From: Hemiscyllium ocellatum
Taxonomy: Eukaryota
Assembly (NCBI RefSeq): GCF_020745735.1
Contig: NC_083422.1
Location: 34,100,001 to 34,164,000, forward strand
Direction: 5' to 3'
Length of the DNA: 64,000 nt
This document shows, piece after piece, positions 27,412-39,699 of this stretch. The notes beneath the pieces are model-generated. The model saw only the letters and a program-made list of their open reading frames with translations. It had not been told where the DNA came from and ran no database searches. The position numbers were made by a program, and so were the translations under genes. Position 1 is the stretch's first letter; each line of letters opens with the position of its first letter.

Positions 27412-27630
27412 ATGTCTCAGAAAGGAAAGCCAGCACTCCGCTTTCCAGAAAGGAATCTGGACTTCCTAGTGGATGGGACAGTCAAGAATAGGGTCATCCT
27501 CTACCCAGTAGACCAGAGAAGGCCACACACCAAAACAGTCAGCCTGGATACAGTTAGCAGTGCTGTCTCAATGCTGTCTCCAGGCTTAGAGAGAATATAC
27601 AGATGTGCAGGAAAAAGGATCAATGATCCA
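27412..27630 (+). mobile_element. PIF/Harbinger Myb/SANT-like ORF relic
   Basis: MSQKGKPALRFPERNLDFLVDG..KNRVILYP...C.GKRIND resembles the Myb/SANT trihelix N-terminus; the rest of the 208-aa ORF reads through other repeats. Confidence 0.5.
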
Positions 27631-30600
27631 AAGAAGAACAAAAAAAAAGTTCATTTTTCAAGTTCAGGTATGTCCACTCTGAAGGAGTTCTACTCTTCTT
27701 TCCATTGGGACTTCCAAAGAGTCATATTGGACTCTTTGTTAACTTCCTTTCTCTCTACACAGATGCCACCAAACCAGGCAGAGTATCTCCAAAACTTTCT
27801 TATTTTACTTCAGATTTTCAGATCTGCAGTACTTTGCTTTTATTCAATGATCTGTTCTGAAACAGCAAATGCCAGTATCTTCTCTCTGCTGTGTCACACT
27901 TGTTTGTCATTGCACACAAAAGTCAACAACACTCATTCACTACCAACTTCACTACTGCAAATAGCATTTCCACTCAACAGCTTTCACACAACCTTATACT
28001 CCACAACTATTAACCCTTCCTGTCCTCTGGCTAAATAAAACTATGTAATCCATAGAGGCTGACAGCTCTCATGTAAATGCAAGGTAAGTGAGCACTGAGA
28101 CATAAAGCAAAGCACCATAAAATGCATCTTGTGTAGATGCATGAAATGGCTGTGTGCAACGCAACCAGGCAGGAGCAAGCAAGTTAAAGGTGTCTCTGGG
28201 CTCCAAAATGAAGTACCGAAGTGGATTATGATTTGGTCCAATGTCTTCAAGACAGTATGATAAGGTTAGTGGTTTACCGATGCAGACTATGGCAAATGAA
28301 GGCTGGACAAGGAAGCTGTCATTGGAGCATTCAATGACCCGTTCGTGAATGGTTGTGGAAACACAGGCCCAGAAAAACAAGCAGCAGGTAGTATCCAGAT
28401 ATCCCATGCAGTTTTTCAATTCAGGAATTGATGCTGTCTAGTTTCCTGGGAGAGGTGAGGTGAATTGCAAGCTGTATATAAATGAAAGGAACTGAAGGAA
28501 ACCTTTCAAAGAATCTTTGAAGGCTTGGCTCAAACAAAGCACCAAGAGTTCGAGAATAAAAAATAGAAAAGTAGAGCATACATTGAACTTGAATAGAATT
28601 TGGTGAAGTCATAACTAAAATATCATGAATAAGTCTGGTATACATTTTTATCACAAAAAAAAGGTCAGATGAACTTAAGAAGCTGCAAAACAGATTTATT
28701 TGACTAATACCTGAACTGACATCAAAAACTTGTATTTATTGGGCTAAATTTTCATATTTCTTGGCAAAGTGATTTTTTTTAAGTAAGATTCATGTTCACT
28801 TTACTGATACAACCTCACACTCTCATCTAATTAATCGTGTCCATTTCATGGAATCATGTGGCAAAGAAAGCAGACATGCTCACAACTACTGAGAGTTTGT
28901 TATGTTCACACCACAGGCATCTTATTGAGATCCTAGCTTTGCACCACTTCTGAAGCTGCAAACCAGAAAGTGCCCTTCACAGTTTGGGGCTGCACTGTTA
29001 TCCCCAAAGAAACATCCCAGGAAGAGAAGTTAGCGACCAAGATAACATTCTGAGTCAGTGCAGAGTCTGGAGAGAAACACAATGCAAACAGTTCAATGAT
29101 CATCTACTATCTGCAAGTGTAAGTGTCATCATCTTCTCTTTACTACCTTATACTCACTGTGCCACTACTCAGTCTAAATTCTACTGATGCACACAGTTCT
29201 TCCAAACCACTAACTCTTCCTGCCTTCCCTATTTACTCACCACCTCTCTTGCATCACCACTATCTGCTCTCCAATTCATTTTTCTTGGACTCAGCCCTTT
29301 CCTTTATCTCATTACAGGGAAAACAAAAATCTGCCCATCTCCCCTGCCTGGTGTCTGCACAGCACGTTGACTGGCAAACCTGTAATACACAGACTATTTG
29401 TTTGTGACCTACAGGATTGACCATGGCTAACTAAGTGTGAGTAAATCTGTTGACTGACATCATTCCCTCATCTCCATTACGAACTGCTCCTCTTTGACTT
29501 TTACAAATGGACATTTGGTTTAGGTACATGCAATTGCATTTGTCATATAAGCTGCTGACTCACACTTTAGGAGTGACACTGACATAACAGGGTGTCTTAT
29601 GCAAACATGTCTACCTCCTTGACAGTTCAGTTACTAAATTGTGACAAGTTCCACCATCCTTTATGTGCTAAAAACAATGCATGGAATAGTGACCAACAGC
29701 CTCTAAGCAAATAATATGAAAATAAGACAAGGGCCATTAGTTGCATCTGTTGTGTCGTTGTGCGCAAAGTCTCTCAGTCTCTAGATCCTACCTTGATTTG
29801 GTTTCCAAAATACAAGCCCTCAGGTAGAGAGGTTTAAGGAAAGAATTACAAAAGTTAAGCTTTGGCAGCTATTGGCTCAGGCACCAGAACAAGTAACAAT
29901 CAAAAATAGGCTTGCTTAAAGAATGGGACATAAAGCCACACAGTTAACTCAGAAGACTGAAACACAGGAGATAATTAGAGATAAGAAATGGTCTGATTCT
30001 GGAAGAATTTGAAAACATCACTGAGAATTTTTAAATTGAGACATGGTTTAACTGAGAACCAGGATAGTTCAGTTAACTCAGGAGTTATGGAGGAATGTAT
30101 TTAGTGCAAGTTTAAACATGAATAGCAGAGTTTTGAATGAGGGTAAGTTATGGAGGCTACAATGTTTATGGAGGCTAGTCAGGAAAGTATCATGGTTGTC
30201 AACAAGACATGGATGAGGATTTCAACAATAAAAGATTTGAGGCGGGACAAAGATGTTATGAAAATAGAAATTGGTGCTTTAAGTTATAACATGAATGTGT
30301 AGTTAATAGCTTGTCTCAGGACCAAATATAACAACGAAGACAACACAAGGAAGTCAATTGTAAAAAAAAATCACTAAGTCACAAGAGTGTCTGGAAAGAA
30401 TTTTCTTCAGAGTGAATTGTCCAAAGGTTACCTAGAAGTCACTGTTTCTGTGAATGACGTGGATAATTGAGTGTTTTACAGAAAAACAGTACCAGCAAAA
30501 ATACCAGTTGGTACAAAAATCGTTAAACATTACTATGAAGATTGCTATTTCCAATGAAGTAAATTGTGATGGGAAATACCTTTTTTACAAATATTTCATT

Positions 30601-30887
30601 GTGTAACTTATAAAATGCCATAAAATTTGAATGGGGTGGAATGCAAAAAGGATCTCCTCTACTCGAAATATGCATTTATATTACAACCCTGTGCTGTGCT
30701 ATTGCAAAGCTAATAGGGATTGATAAAATAATAAAGGGATAAGACAAGCATCAAACCAATAACTGATCTCCCTGGAAGTGTGACGAAAGTTGGTTTGATT
30801 GAGATATTTAAGAGGGTACTGGATGATTATGTGAATAGAAATAATGTGCAAGGATATGGGGACAAAGAAGAATATTGACACTCAGTA

Positions 30888-30947
30888 ATGATGCTTGTTT
30901 GAAAAGATGGTGTGGGCATGATGCTTGTTTGAAAGGATGGTGTGGAC
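30888..30947 (+). repeat. 30-bp direct tandem duplication in a CR1 tail
   Basis: atgatgcttgtttgaaa(a/g)gatggtgtgg(g/a)c x2. Confidence 0.9.
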
Positions 30948-31497
30948 ATGATGAGCCAAATGGCCTCTTTCTGCACCTGACAATTCTGTGATTGGTTCAA
31001 GATAATTGCAAACCTAGTTTTAAAAAAACACACACACCTTCTGGATGTTTTTAAACCCTATCCCACTACCTCTCAGTTGAATATAATAAAAAAGTTAGGT
31101 CACTGTCAGAACAGATTGGAAATTCTCTTAATTTCAAAGCCAACATCGAACTTTCAAAGAAAACCATCAAAAATCAAAATTTGTCATTTGTCACAGAATA
31201 TAAAGACCACGGAATATTTCAACATTTGAGTTTATGGTGTGTAAATAAAAATGTATGAAAAGTGGGTAATCAAGAAGATCGGTGGTAAAAATATGAGGCG
31301 GGGGGGGGGGGGTGATATCTTGGATCGTATCATATACCTTATATTTGCCCTAAACTGGCTTAAGCAAACAACCTGTAATAAATAAAAACTTGTCATAAGG
31401 TCATTGTTAGCTGTTACATTGAAAAAAAGGTAGTAATATTTATGTTGATCTATAGAAATTAAGATCAACTCTCACAAAGAGACAAAATAGAATGATA

Positions 31498-32116
31498 AAG
31501 AGGAACCTCGATTATCCGAACATCAATTATGCAATAATCGGATTATCTGAAGGAGATCTCGAGGTGCCGATAGAAACATTACAAAGGTGTGTTTCCAACA
31601 CTGGTCGCGTCTTTTGTTTTAGTGATTAAATAGGCACTGTCTCCAAATGACAGACCTCCTGCCCTCTCTCTCCCCACACGTTCCCTGGAGTTCTACACAG
31701 GGGTGTACCCTAAATCCCACTTCTCCAGATAATCTGTCCAACATTGTCCTGTACAGTGGAACCTGCCAAAAAGTTGCAGTAAAAAGTTGTGTGCGTATGT
31801 GTGCATCTGCGGTATTTGGAGACTCATCCCCCAAAAGGCACTAGCAGCAGCGGCAATCTTGTTGTTGATGTCCAGTCCAGGTGCCCTGGAGAGGGGGTGG
31901 GGGTGGACAGGGGGCAGTCTTGGATGGGGTGGTGTTGGATGGGGTTGGGGGTGCAGGTGGGGGCTCTTGTGTGGTATGCTGTGCGTCTCCTGAACAAGGA
32001 GCAGACTTAAAAAGCTCCGAGCCCCAGAGTAAAGGTATTTAAGCGGTTAACCGAATAATCAATTATCCGAACAAAATAGTGCCCGCCATCTCGTTTTGAT
32101 AATCAAGGTTCCTCTG
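31498..32116. mobile_element. Non-autonomous Tc1/mariner (pogo/Tigger-like) MITE
   Basis: TIRs agaggaacctcgattatc ... gataatcaaggttcctct; TA on both flanks. Confidence 0.85.
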
Positions 32117-32146
32117 TACTTGTTTGTAACAGATTTGCATAAATCA

Positions 32147-32470
32147 GGGCATGGTGACTCAATGGTTAGCACTGCTGCCTCACAGTACTAGGAACGTGGG
32201 TTTGATTCCACCCTCTGTCAACTGCCTGTGTGGAGTTTGCATCTTCTCCCCTTCAGGATTCCTTCAGGTGCTCCAGTTTCCTCCCACAATCCAAAAATGC
32301 TCAGGTTGGGTGGACTGACCATGATAAATTGCCCATAATATCCAAGGATGTATAGGCCAGGCGGATTAGCCATAGGAATTACAAGGTTACAGGGATAGGG
32401 TAGAGGAAATGGGTCAGGATCGGATGCTCTTCGGAGGTTTGGTGTGGACTTGATGGCAAAGGATTTTGTG
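32147..32470 (+). mobile_element. HE1/V-SINE-like SINE variant
   Basis: Head tggttagcactgctgcctcacag, core and tail. Confidence 0.85.
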
Positions 32471-34148
32471 TCTGCTTCAGTGTTTGCATCAACATTGATA
32501 CTTCTCTGCATTATACAAGCAAATGTATTGATCGGTTCAGGATTAGATGTATCACAGAATTTAATACAAAATAATAAATATCACAGGGGCAGAGAACAGA
32601 AATTTAATAACATGAGCATTTTACAATATAATTGCTTGAAAAAGCCTAGACTGCAAAGAATACACTCATATTTAGGTAAAAGTGTTCTGAGTGACACATA
32701 AATCTAAATGTGAAATAGGTTTTTCAAAAGTGGTCTCATCCTAATCAAAAGTACAATATATTTTTAGATATTTCACTCCATGTTAAATTATAATGACTGG
32801 AATTTCCCTTTTAGTACAGTGAAAGTGCCCACCTCAAAATTGATCATCTATCATAGTCTGACTGATTATTTAATAAGAATGGATAACCTATTGCAAAAGA
32901 ACTGGCTTAATTAAGTGATGAATCCTGTTGAAATGCAATACTGCCGAAACAAGAGCACCATCTGGATAATTTCTGTAAAGTAAGCCCAAATATTTTCTGT
33001 CAATGTTAAAGTAATGGTCACAGACATCCACATGATAAACATTCTGTATCATGGTGCTTTCCCATTGTGACCCGTACTGAGACTTGAAAGTTGTTGCAAC
33101 TCCTCAGTGAGAATGGAAAGAGAGAGCAGGATATGGGGACTGTGAGAGTAGGAACCTATTAAGCGAAATACAGCTGCTATAAGTTGGTCAGAATTCTATT
33201 ATAGCTCAAATTTGAGCCCACAGGTCCCAATCCCCATTTTGGAAACCCTGCTCTATTACATTGACAAGGTCAATTCTGACTTACGTTACTGAAAGAATAC
33301 CTTTGCCTTTATGCCACTTAAATTAAGAGCTATTGAAGTTCAGGGATTTAGTAATTGAGATCATAGGTAGACATGTTTTCAAAGGCATTTTTCATTAAGT
33401 CTAAGAACCTGATGCACATATATTTGCACAACATTAAGATTACATTTCTTGACCTTGGAATGGCAAAACCAACAGTTAGTGTACCAAGAAACATACTGAT
33501 AAAGACATTGCAATAAATGGCATGCATACAGAATTAGGCTAATCTTTGTAGCCAGAAATTGCAGATTATTTCAGAATCTATACTATTTGAAATCATGGTT
33601 CTTCTCCTTGATAAGTAATATGCTGCTGGAAATGGTAAGTAAATTCTGCTACCTTGGATCCATAGTAACAGACAATTTGCCTCTTAACACACAACTCCTC
33701 ATACATAACGAAAAAGCAGCTATGAACTTTGGCTAACTCACAAAACAAGAATAGAATAATATCAAGCTGACCCTTGACATAAAGTTGCTTGTTTATGGGT
33801 CTGTTCCCAGCACCTAGTTGCACTGCAAAGAAATATACAAGACTTGTAGCTATTGAAAAAAAATGAATCTCAGCCACCCTCATTTTTGCAATTCGCAACA
33901 CATTCTGGACATCACGTGGAAAGTCAAAACAATGAATGTTGGCAAATCTCCCAAATATGTTGTCTCTGAATGATGAGTGCCAAATGTAATGGCTTGGAGA
34001 TGGAAGTTGAACACAAGACTTTTCTATATGACAAGCCAGTAGTGGAAATGCCCAAAGCTCCACTTTGAGGATGATTGCAAGAGTGGCACAAAGGCATTAA
34101 AACATTGATTCTTGCACCTGGGAGAAATTAGAAATTGGCTGACATATG

Positions 34149-34280
34149 CCTTCTTCAGGAAGGGCTCATGCCCGAAACATTGATTCTCCTGCTCCTTGGA
34201 TGCTGCCTGACCTGCTGCGCTTTTCCAGAATCACATTTTCAGCGCTGATCTTCATCATCTGCAGTCCTCACTTTCTCCCA
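34149..34280 (+). mobile_element. Penelope-derived short terminal repeat
   Basis: gaagggctcatgcccgaaac...gatgctgcctgacctgctg...catctgcagtcctcac; reverse orientation relative to 22743-22869. Confidence 0.7.
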
Positions 34281-35369
34281 CCATAGATGATATTCTTGAT
34301 ACAGAAACATTTTTAGAGCAAGTAAATGCTAAACTCCTGTCAATTCTCAATCTCAGGCAACACCAAAATATATTATCCTTTAATCTAATACTATATGCAA
34401 CAAAATTTGATTTGCTCAGACTCTAGGCATGAAATTAAACAGTTAATTTGCTCTGCTGACCTGCAAGAAATTGAATGCCCTGGGGCAGGGTGGGACATCT
34501 CTGTTCTACAGGTAGAATGTCAGTAAATTTACATTCCCCTACCTTGCCATTCAGAGCCATTTACATGGCCATTTCCTATTATTCAGAGATAATTTACAAT
34601 TGCATCATCATCCTATTCAAAATCAATAAGAACATTGCTCTTGTTTGACTACTCCCTATAGTTTAAAAAAATTCACAACAGAAGGGATGATTTACATTAT
34701 ATTGTTTCTGGAAATGATGCAGTCACTGCATTGTATCTTGAGTGGCATGTAACTGTGGGGGAGTGACTGAGCAGTTGTATTGTGGGCATTGTTGACTGTG
34801 ATGTAAAGATTTTGTATAAAGGAAGGACTGTCTCCTTTGTTCAGAGAGACCTCTCGACACACTTCGCAAGCATGGCAGAGTGCTAAGAGTTTCTCCAAAG
34901 TTTTTACGGAACAGTGCTTAGTAAAATTTTGGTTGTTGTTCACAGAAGTTTGTGTATTGCAGTCACATCAAGTGTGTAAGAATCTCAGAAAAAAAAGGAC
35001 CTAACACAGGCTCTAGTTTTGAACTTCGCCAAATCTCTCAAACTCAATATAAAATACTATATTATCACCCTATAGACTGAAACAATTGTCATGGATGGGA
35101 GGGTAGCTAATGTATTTAGCTTTATTATTAGCTATTTAAAACAAGGAGGTAGAGGAATGAAACAGGGAATTATAGGCTAGTCAACCTAATATCGGTATAG
35201 GGAAAATGCTAGAGTCCATTATAAAAGACTGAACAGCAGAACCCTTGAAACACATCTCATCACCTCTAACTCTCCTCCATTAAATATGTCCTTGGACCTC
35301 ACTGTTCATCAAGATTTAGGCAATTTGTCCTTGTATAAGAGTCGAAAGAACTAAATGCTTTAAATCAGA

Positions 35370-35485
35370 AATGAAAAGTTGCTCGAAAAAAGCTCAGCAG
35401 GTCTGACAGCAGCTGTGAAGAAAAAAATAGCGTTAATGTTTCGGGTCCGGTTCTGCCAGACCTGCTGAAATTTCCCAGCAACTTC
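35370..35485. repeat. Fold-back repeat of the Penelope-terminal family
   Basis: Left arm aagttgctcgaaa...cagcaggtctgaca versus right arm tgccagacctgctg...cagcaactt. Confidence 0.65.
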
Positions 35486-35694
35486 TTTCTGTGTGTTTCG
35501 AATTTGTCCTTGGTGTCAAATTTCATTCTGTAATGATCAAAGTAAAAGCCTCAAAGAGCGTTTTATTACATCAAGGGCACTATGCACTATTGGAGCACAC
35601 ACCAACGTTTACAGTTAACCAAACGGTAAACATCCAATTAACTAAGTACCCCTCAGGTATATATGAATAGAACCAATTCAGAACCACCACTCAC

Positions 35695-35721
35695 CCGAGA
35701 AAGCAATAACCAAGTCGCCAT
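35695..35721 (-). CDS. ACADSB: Short/branched-chain acyl-CoA dehydrogenase, coding exon 1 (MATWLLLSR, start of mitochondrial targeting peptide)
   Basis: acaATGG Kozak context; ends CGG|GTGAGT (phase 0 donor); joins in frame to exon 2 (LGRNF...), giving an Arg-rich, acid-free N-terminus; lies at the edge of the CpG island. Confidence 0.8.
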
Positions 35722-36039
35722 TGTATCCTTTGCAACGACTAACGGAATACAAGAAAAATTTGGATAAATTAGTGGTATTTGATTTTGTTGCTTGGAAGTG
35801 GGGTTACTGCAGCTTACACATCTCCAGAGTTCAGACACATAAAATCAATCGCTCAACCTATTCGGAGACGTCAACCCTCTTTTTTTAGGGTAATCTGAAA
35901 AGCGTGTGAAAACGGAAGGGCAAAATTCAAACGTCACAGCGGGCGGCAACAACGATTGGCTCTGGGCTGCGGGGTTGTGCTCCACTTCCGGACGGTCCCG
36001 GGGCCTGTCATTGGCGGAAGTGCTGTAGCCCCTCCCCGC

Positions 36040-36328
36040 TGATGTCACTTCCCTCTGGCGGCCTGTCTGTTTGTGTATCCCGATTCAACTGTGACATCGA
36101 CGCCGGCCTTTTGTTCCTTTCGCCTTCGGGGATTGCGGCGGCTCAGGAAACGAGCTCAAGGAAAGCGGCCTCCTTGTCTCTTCCATCCCCGCTCCACCAA
36201 TCACGGGGACAGTCACCAAGCGAGCGTCCGGACGAGCTGGCTCGCTCATCTTTTCTCTCCTCGGTGGGGAGTGCTGTTATGTTTTGCTGTTTCGAAGCCT
36301 CTCACCAGTGTGTGGAATTAAGCTAAAG
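36040..36328 (+). other. IKZF5: Candidate non-coding first exon of IKZF5
   Basis: Downstream of the ETS sites, ends at AAAG|gtattt; the first coding exon has an acceptor, so an upstream exon is needed; start position is a guess. Confidence 0.4.
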
Positions 36329-37087
36329 GTATTTGGGGGGGTTGGTGATCGTTCCCCCCCCCCCACCCCCTCGAGCGGGGGGTGGGGATGGGGGCAGTGG
36401 TCTGATCCGCTTTAACAATCCCGCAGCTCCCGGATGGAGCGTTTGAAAAAAATAACCGAAACGGCTCGAGCCCCCTCAGCTTTCGGCCGAAAGTAAAACT
36501 TGTAAGATACGTTGATGGGGATTTTGCGGATAGACTGCTTCCGACCTTCTCCCACCCACACCTGATCCTGTGTTTCTTTTAACCATCGATGTGCTTCTTT
36601 AATTCGTTGTGCCTGTTTTATTCTGCGTCTGTCGATGTTCAAAAATAAGCGTGGGCCGCTCCGATGTTAACTTTGAGCCTGGTCCGTTATGAGTGATGGT
36701 CCAGTCGGCCAATAGGGGGGCGGCGCTCGGGGACGTCTCCCCTCGTTGCACCAATGGGCGTGAGGGAGGGGTGGGCTCTCCGAGAGAGTCGGCCGCAACA
36801 GCCATTTGTAAACGGGAACGAAGCTCTCCCTCAGTCCGACAGGAGGGGCGGCTGCAATGGCAAATTAACCTTACATAGTTGATCGTGAGCTACCTTTGTC
36901 GCATTTTAAACACAAACGTACTTTTTAAGTGGTTAGACGAAGCCTCTCATGCCGAGGATGATTGGTTTCGGAGAGTTTAAGGAGTGACTGGCAGAGGACA
37001 CTTTTACCTTGGAGAAGGCAAAAAGTGCAGCAGTTAATCCCGTTAGCACTCTTATGTATTGAAAAGACTGAACATTATCCGAGGCGA

Positions 37088-37250
37088 CAGTGAGTACTGC
37101 AGATGCTGGAAATTAGAGTCAAGATTCAAGTAGTGTTGGAAAAGTGTAGCAGGTCAGTCAGCATCTGAGGAGCAGGAATATTGACATTTCGGGCAAAAGC
37201 CCTTAATCAAGCTGCCTGACCTGCTGTACTTTTCCAGCACCTCTCTAACC
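37088..37250. repeat. Fold-back repeat of the Penelope-terminal family
   Basis: ggaaaagtgtagcaggtcag ... ctgacctgctgtacttttcc inverted arms around a decayed tttcgggcaaaagccctt. Confidence 0.65.
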
Positions 37251-37689
37251 TTATTATCCTACTCAGTTTAGTGAAAGAGAGAGCCTAACGTAGGTCACTT
37301 TTTCTACAAAAGTGACCACAAAGCAAGTACCTAATAATAGTGTTGATAGCCGAGAAATGAGTTGAATCCATGTTGAGGCTAAAATATAAAATGATTACAA
37401 AGAGAACTATAATTTAATAAAGGATGGATAGCCCTCTTCCTCAAGAGTGTTGAAATGGTTATTCAGCACAGATGGAAAATTGCTCATTGACTGACTGCTA
37501 AGTGTAGACTGTCGGTGTGCATCTAGCTACTTTGTATTTAGCGGGCTGTGAAGGAAACAAAAAAATGCTGGTGTCAAGGTCCTCCTGTCAAAGGTTAGCT
37601 CAAATAAATAGCCCAAAAAGGCCGATCTATTTTTTTTAAGGTACTTGCCAAAACTTTACAGTGCTTGTTAAATACTACAGCTTTTATTT

Positions 37690-38330
37690 CCTTTCATGGA
37701 ATAGAGGTGTTGCTGGCAAAGCCAGCGCATATTGCCCATTCCTCATTGCCCTTGAATTTGGTGAGCTGTCTTCTTGAATTGCTGCTGCCTGTATGTGAAG
37801 TGTTATTGGAAAGGAAGTTACATGATTGACTCAGTGACAGTAAAGGAACAGCGATATACAACTTGTTCAGATTGGTGTATGTCTTGGAGAGGAGCTTGCA
37901 GCCGGTGGTGTTTCTTGCACTTCCTGGTTTTGGATGATGGAGGTTATGCAGTTGATAGTGCTGTCAGTGGAGTTTTGGCAAGCTCGTAGATGTGCAGCTA
38001 TCATGAACTTGTGGTGAATAGAGTAAATGTTTGTTAGGTGGAATGTTGATCCCACGGGCTGCTTTCCTCTTGAACATGTTGAATTTCTTCTCTGTTGTAC
38101 TCCACAAGTGGAAAATATTTCATCACACTTTGACTTATGACTTGTTGATGATGGAAATACTTAGGGGAGTTGGGAAGTGACACAATAATTACAGAATTCC
38201 CAAAGTCTGACATACTATTGTAGTCTCAGCATTTAATTTATTAGTCCATTTAAGCATCTGGTTGGTAATCCCCAGCATTTTGGTGCATGTTCTAGCAATT
38301 GTAATGCTGTTGAGTGCACGTATAAAATTG
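37690..38330 (-). mobile_element. Second-family LINE remnant
   Basis: Similar to 60170-60700 and antisense to 21150-21545. Confidence 0.5.
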
Positions 38331-38586
38331 TAAATGTTGCACTTCATCATATGGTGTAAAAATTGGGTTTGCTGATGCTTTTGAATGTGGATAGCTAGTT
38401 TAGAAGTAGTAAACAGATGTGGTTTGGAGGGGAAATTCCAGACAGTAGGACTGTAATGAGGAAGGCTGCGCTATGAACACTCAGGGAAGATGCACTGAAA
38501 AGTCAATAGCTGCAGGCTAGGACATGTAACTGAGGAATCTGAAGAAGTAGGATCAAGTGAGGTTGTGCAAGGATTTGACGAATGGA

Positions 38587-39570
38587 GTCAGATGTACAGA
38601 ATGGAAACAGACCCTTTGGTCCAACTCATCCATGCCAACCAGATCTCCTAAATAAATCTTGCTGACATTTAGCCCATATCCCTGTGGCTTAAACCTGTGC
38701 TCTCTAGTTTTGGACTCCACTACCATGGGAGAAACAAACACCATAGCTGTTCACCCTATTTGTGCCCCTCATGATTTTATAAACTTCTATAAGGTTACCA
38801 CTCAGCTTCCAATGCTCTAGGGAAAATAGGCCCCAGCCAATTCAACCTTTCCCTATAGCCCTAACCCTCCAACCCTGGCAATATCCTAGCAAATCTTTCA
38901 GGTTTCACAATGTTCTTCCAACAGTAGGAAGACCAGAACTGAATGTAGTATTCCAAACGTGGCCTCACCAATCTCCAGTATAGGTGCAACATGACCTCCC
39001 AAGTCCAACATTCAATGCACTGACACATAAAGCCAAGCAGACCAAATGCCACCTTCATGATCCTGTCTCCCTGCGACTCTACTTTTGAGAACTATGACCC
39101 TGCCTTCCAAGGTCTCTTTGTTCAGTAACATTCTCTAGGACCTTACCATTAAGTCCTGCTCTGATTTTTCCCTTTCCAAAAATCAGTACTTCACATTTAT
39201 CTAAATTAAACTCCTTCTGCCACTCCTTGGCCCATCTGTCCATCTGATCAAGGTACTGTTGTACTCTGATGAAACTTTGACTGTCCACTACACTACCAAT
39301 TTGGATGTTATCTGCAAACCTACTAACCAACCTTCTATGTTCACATCCAAATTATTTATGTAAATGACAAAAAGCAGTTGACCCAACACCAATCTTTGTG
39401 GCACACCACTGGTCACAGGTCTCCAATCTGAAAAGCAACCCTCCACCACCACCCTCTGTCTCCTACCTTCAAGCTAGTTTTGTATCCAAATGGCTAGTAC
39501 TCTCTGTATTCCATGTGATCTGACCTTGCTAACCAATCTACATGGGGAACCTTGTCAAACACCATACTGA
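38587..39570 (-). mobile_element. CR1 LINE 3' portion
   Basis: ORF-track peptides VSRFADN..IG..VDS, WQKEFNLDKCEV, LVRPRLEYYIQFWS; CR1 tail. Confidence 0.9.
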
Positions 39571-39699
39571 ATGATTGAATATAGTAATTGGGCTGGAGCA
39601 AACAATAGGTAGAACAACTAATGCTTGCAATAGGTTGCAGAGGATTTTTGGAGAAGTTAAATCTAGTGGTAACTCAAGTATCAATGTTATTTGCAGCTT

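Larger units (their letters stand above)
35690..36900. promoter_or_regulatory. CpG island, bidirectional ACADSB/IKZF5 promoter
   Basis: CpG-dense against an AT-rich background; ETS/GABP-type sites CACTTCCGG (35983-35991) and GCGGAAGTG (36014-36022); CCAAT boxes (ATTGG 35955, 36010; CCAAT 36197, 36709, 36751); lies between the divergent genes. Confidence 0.85.

Noticed and set aside
27412-28038. 208-aa ORF as a host gene
   Set aside because: Chimeric read-through of a transposon relic and a Penelope-type repeat
30888-30953. CRISPR-like direct repeats
   Set aside because: Adjacent duplication with no spacers, inside a CR1 tail in a vertebrate genome
33593-34063. 156-aa minus-strand ORF in ACADSB intron 1
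   Set aside because: Non-ATG start, no recognisable domain or splice structure; consistent with chance
35653-35838. N-terminally extended ACADSB from the ORF track
   Set aside because: The listed start is GTG; the first in-frame ATG is at 35721
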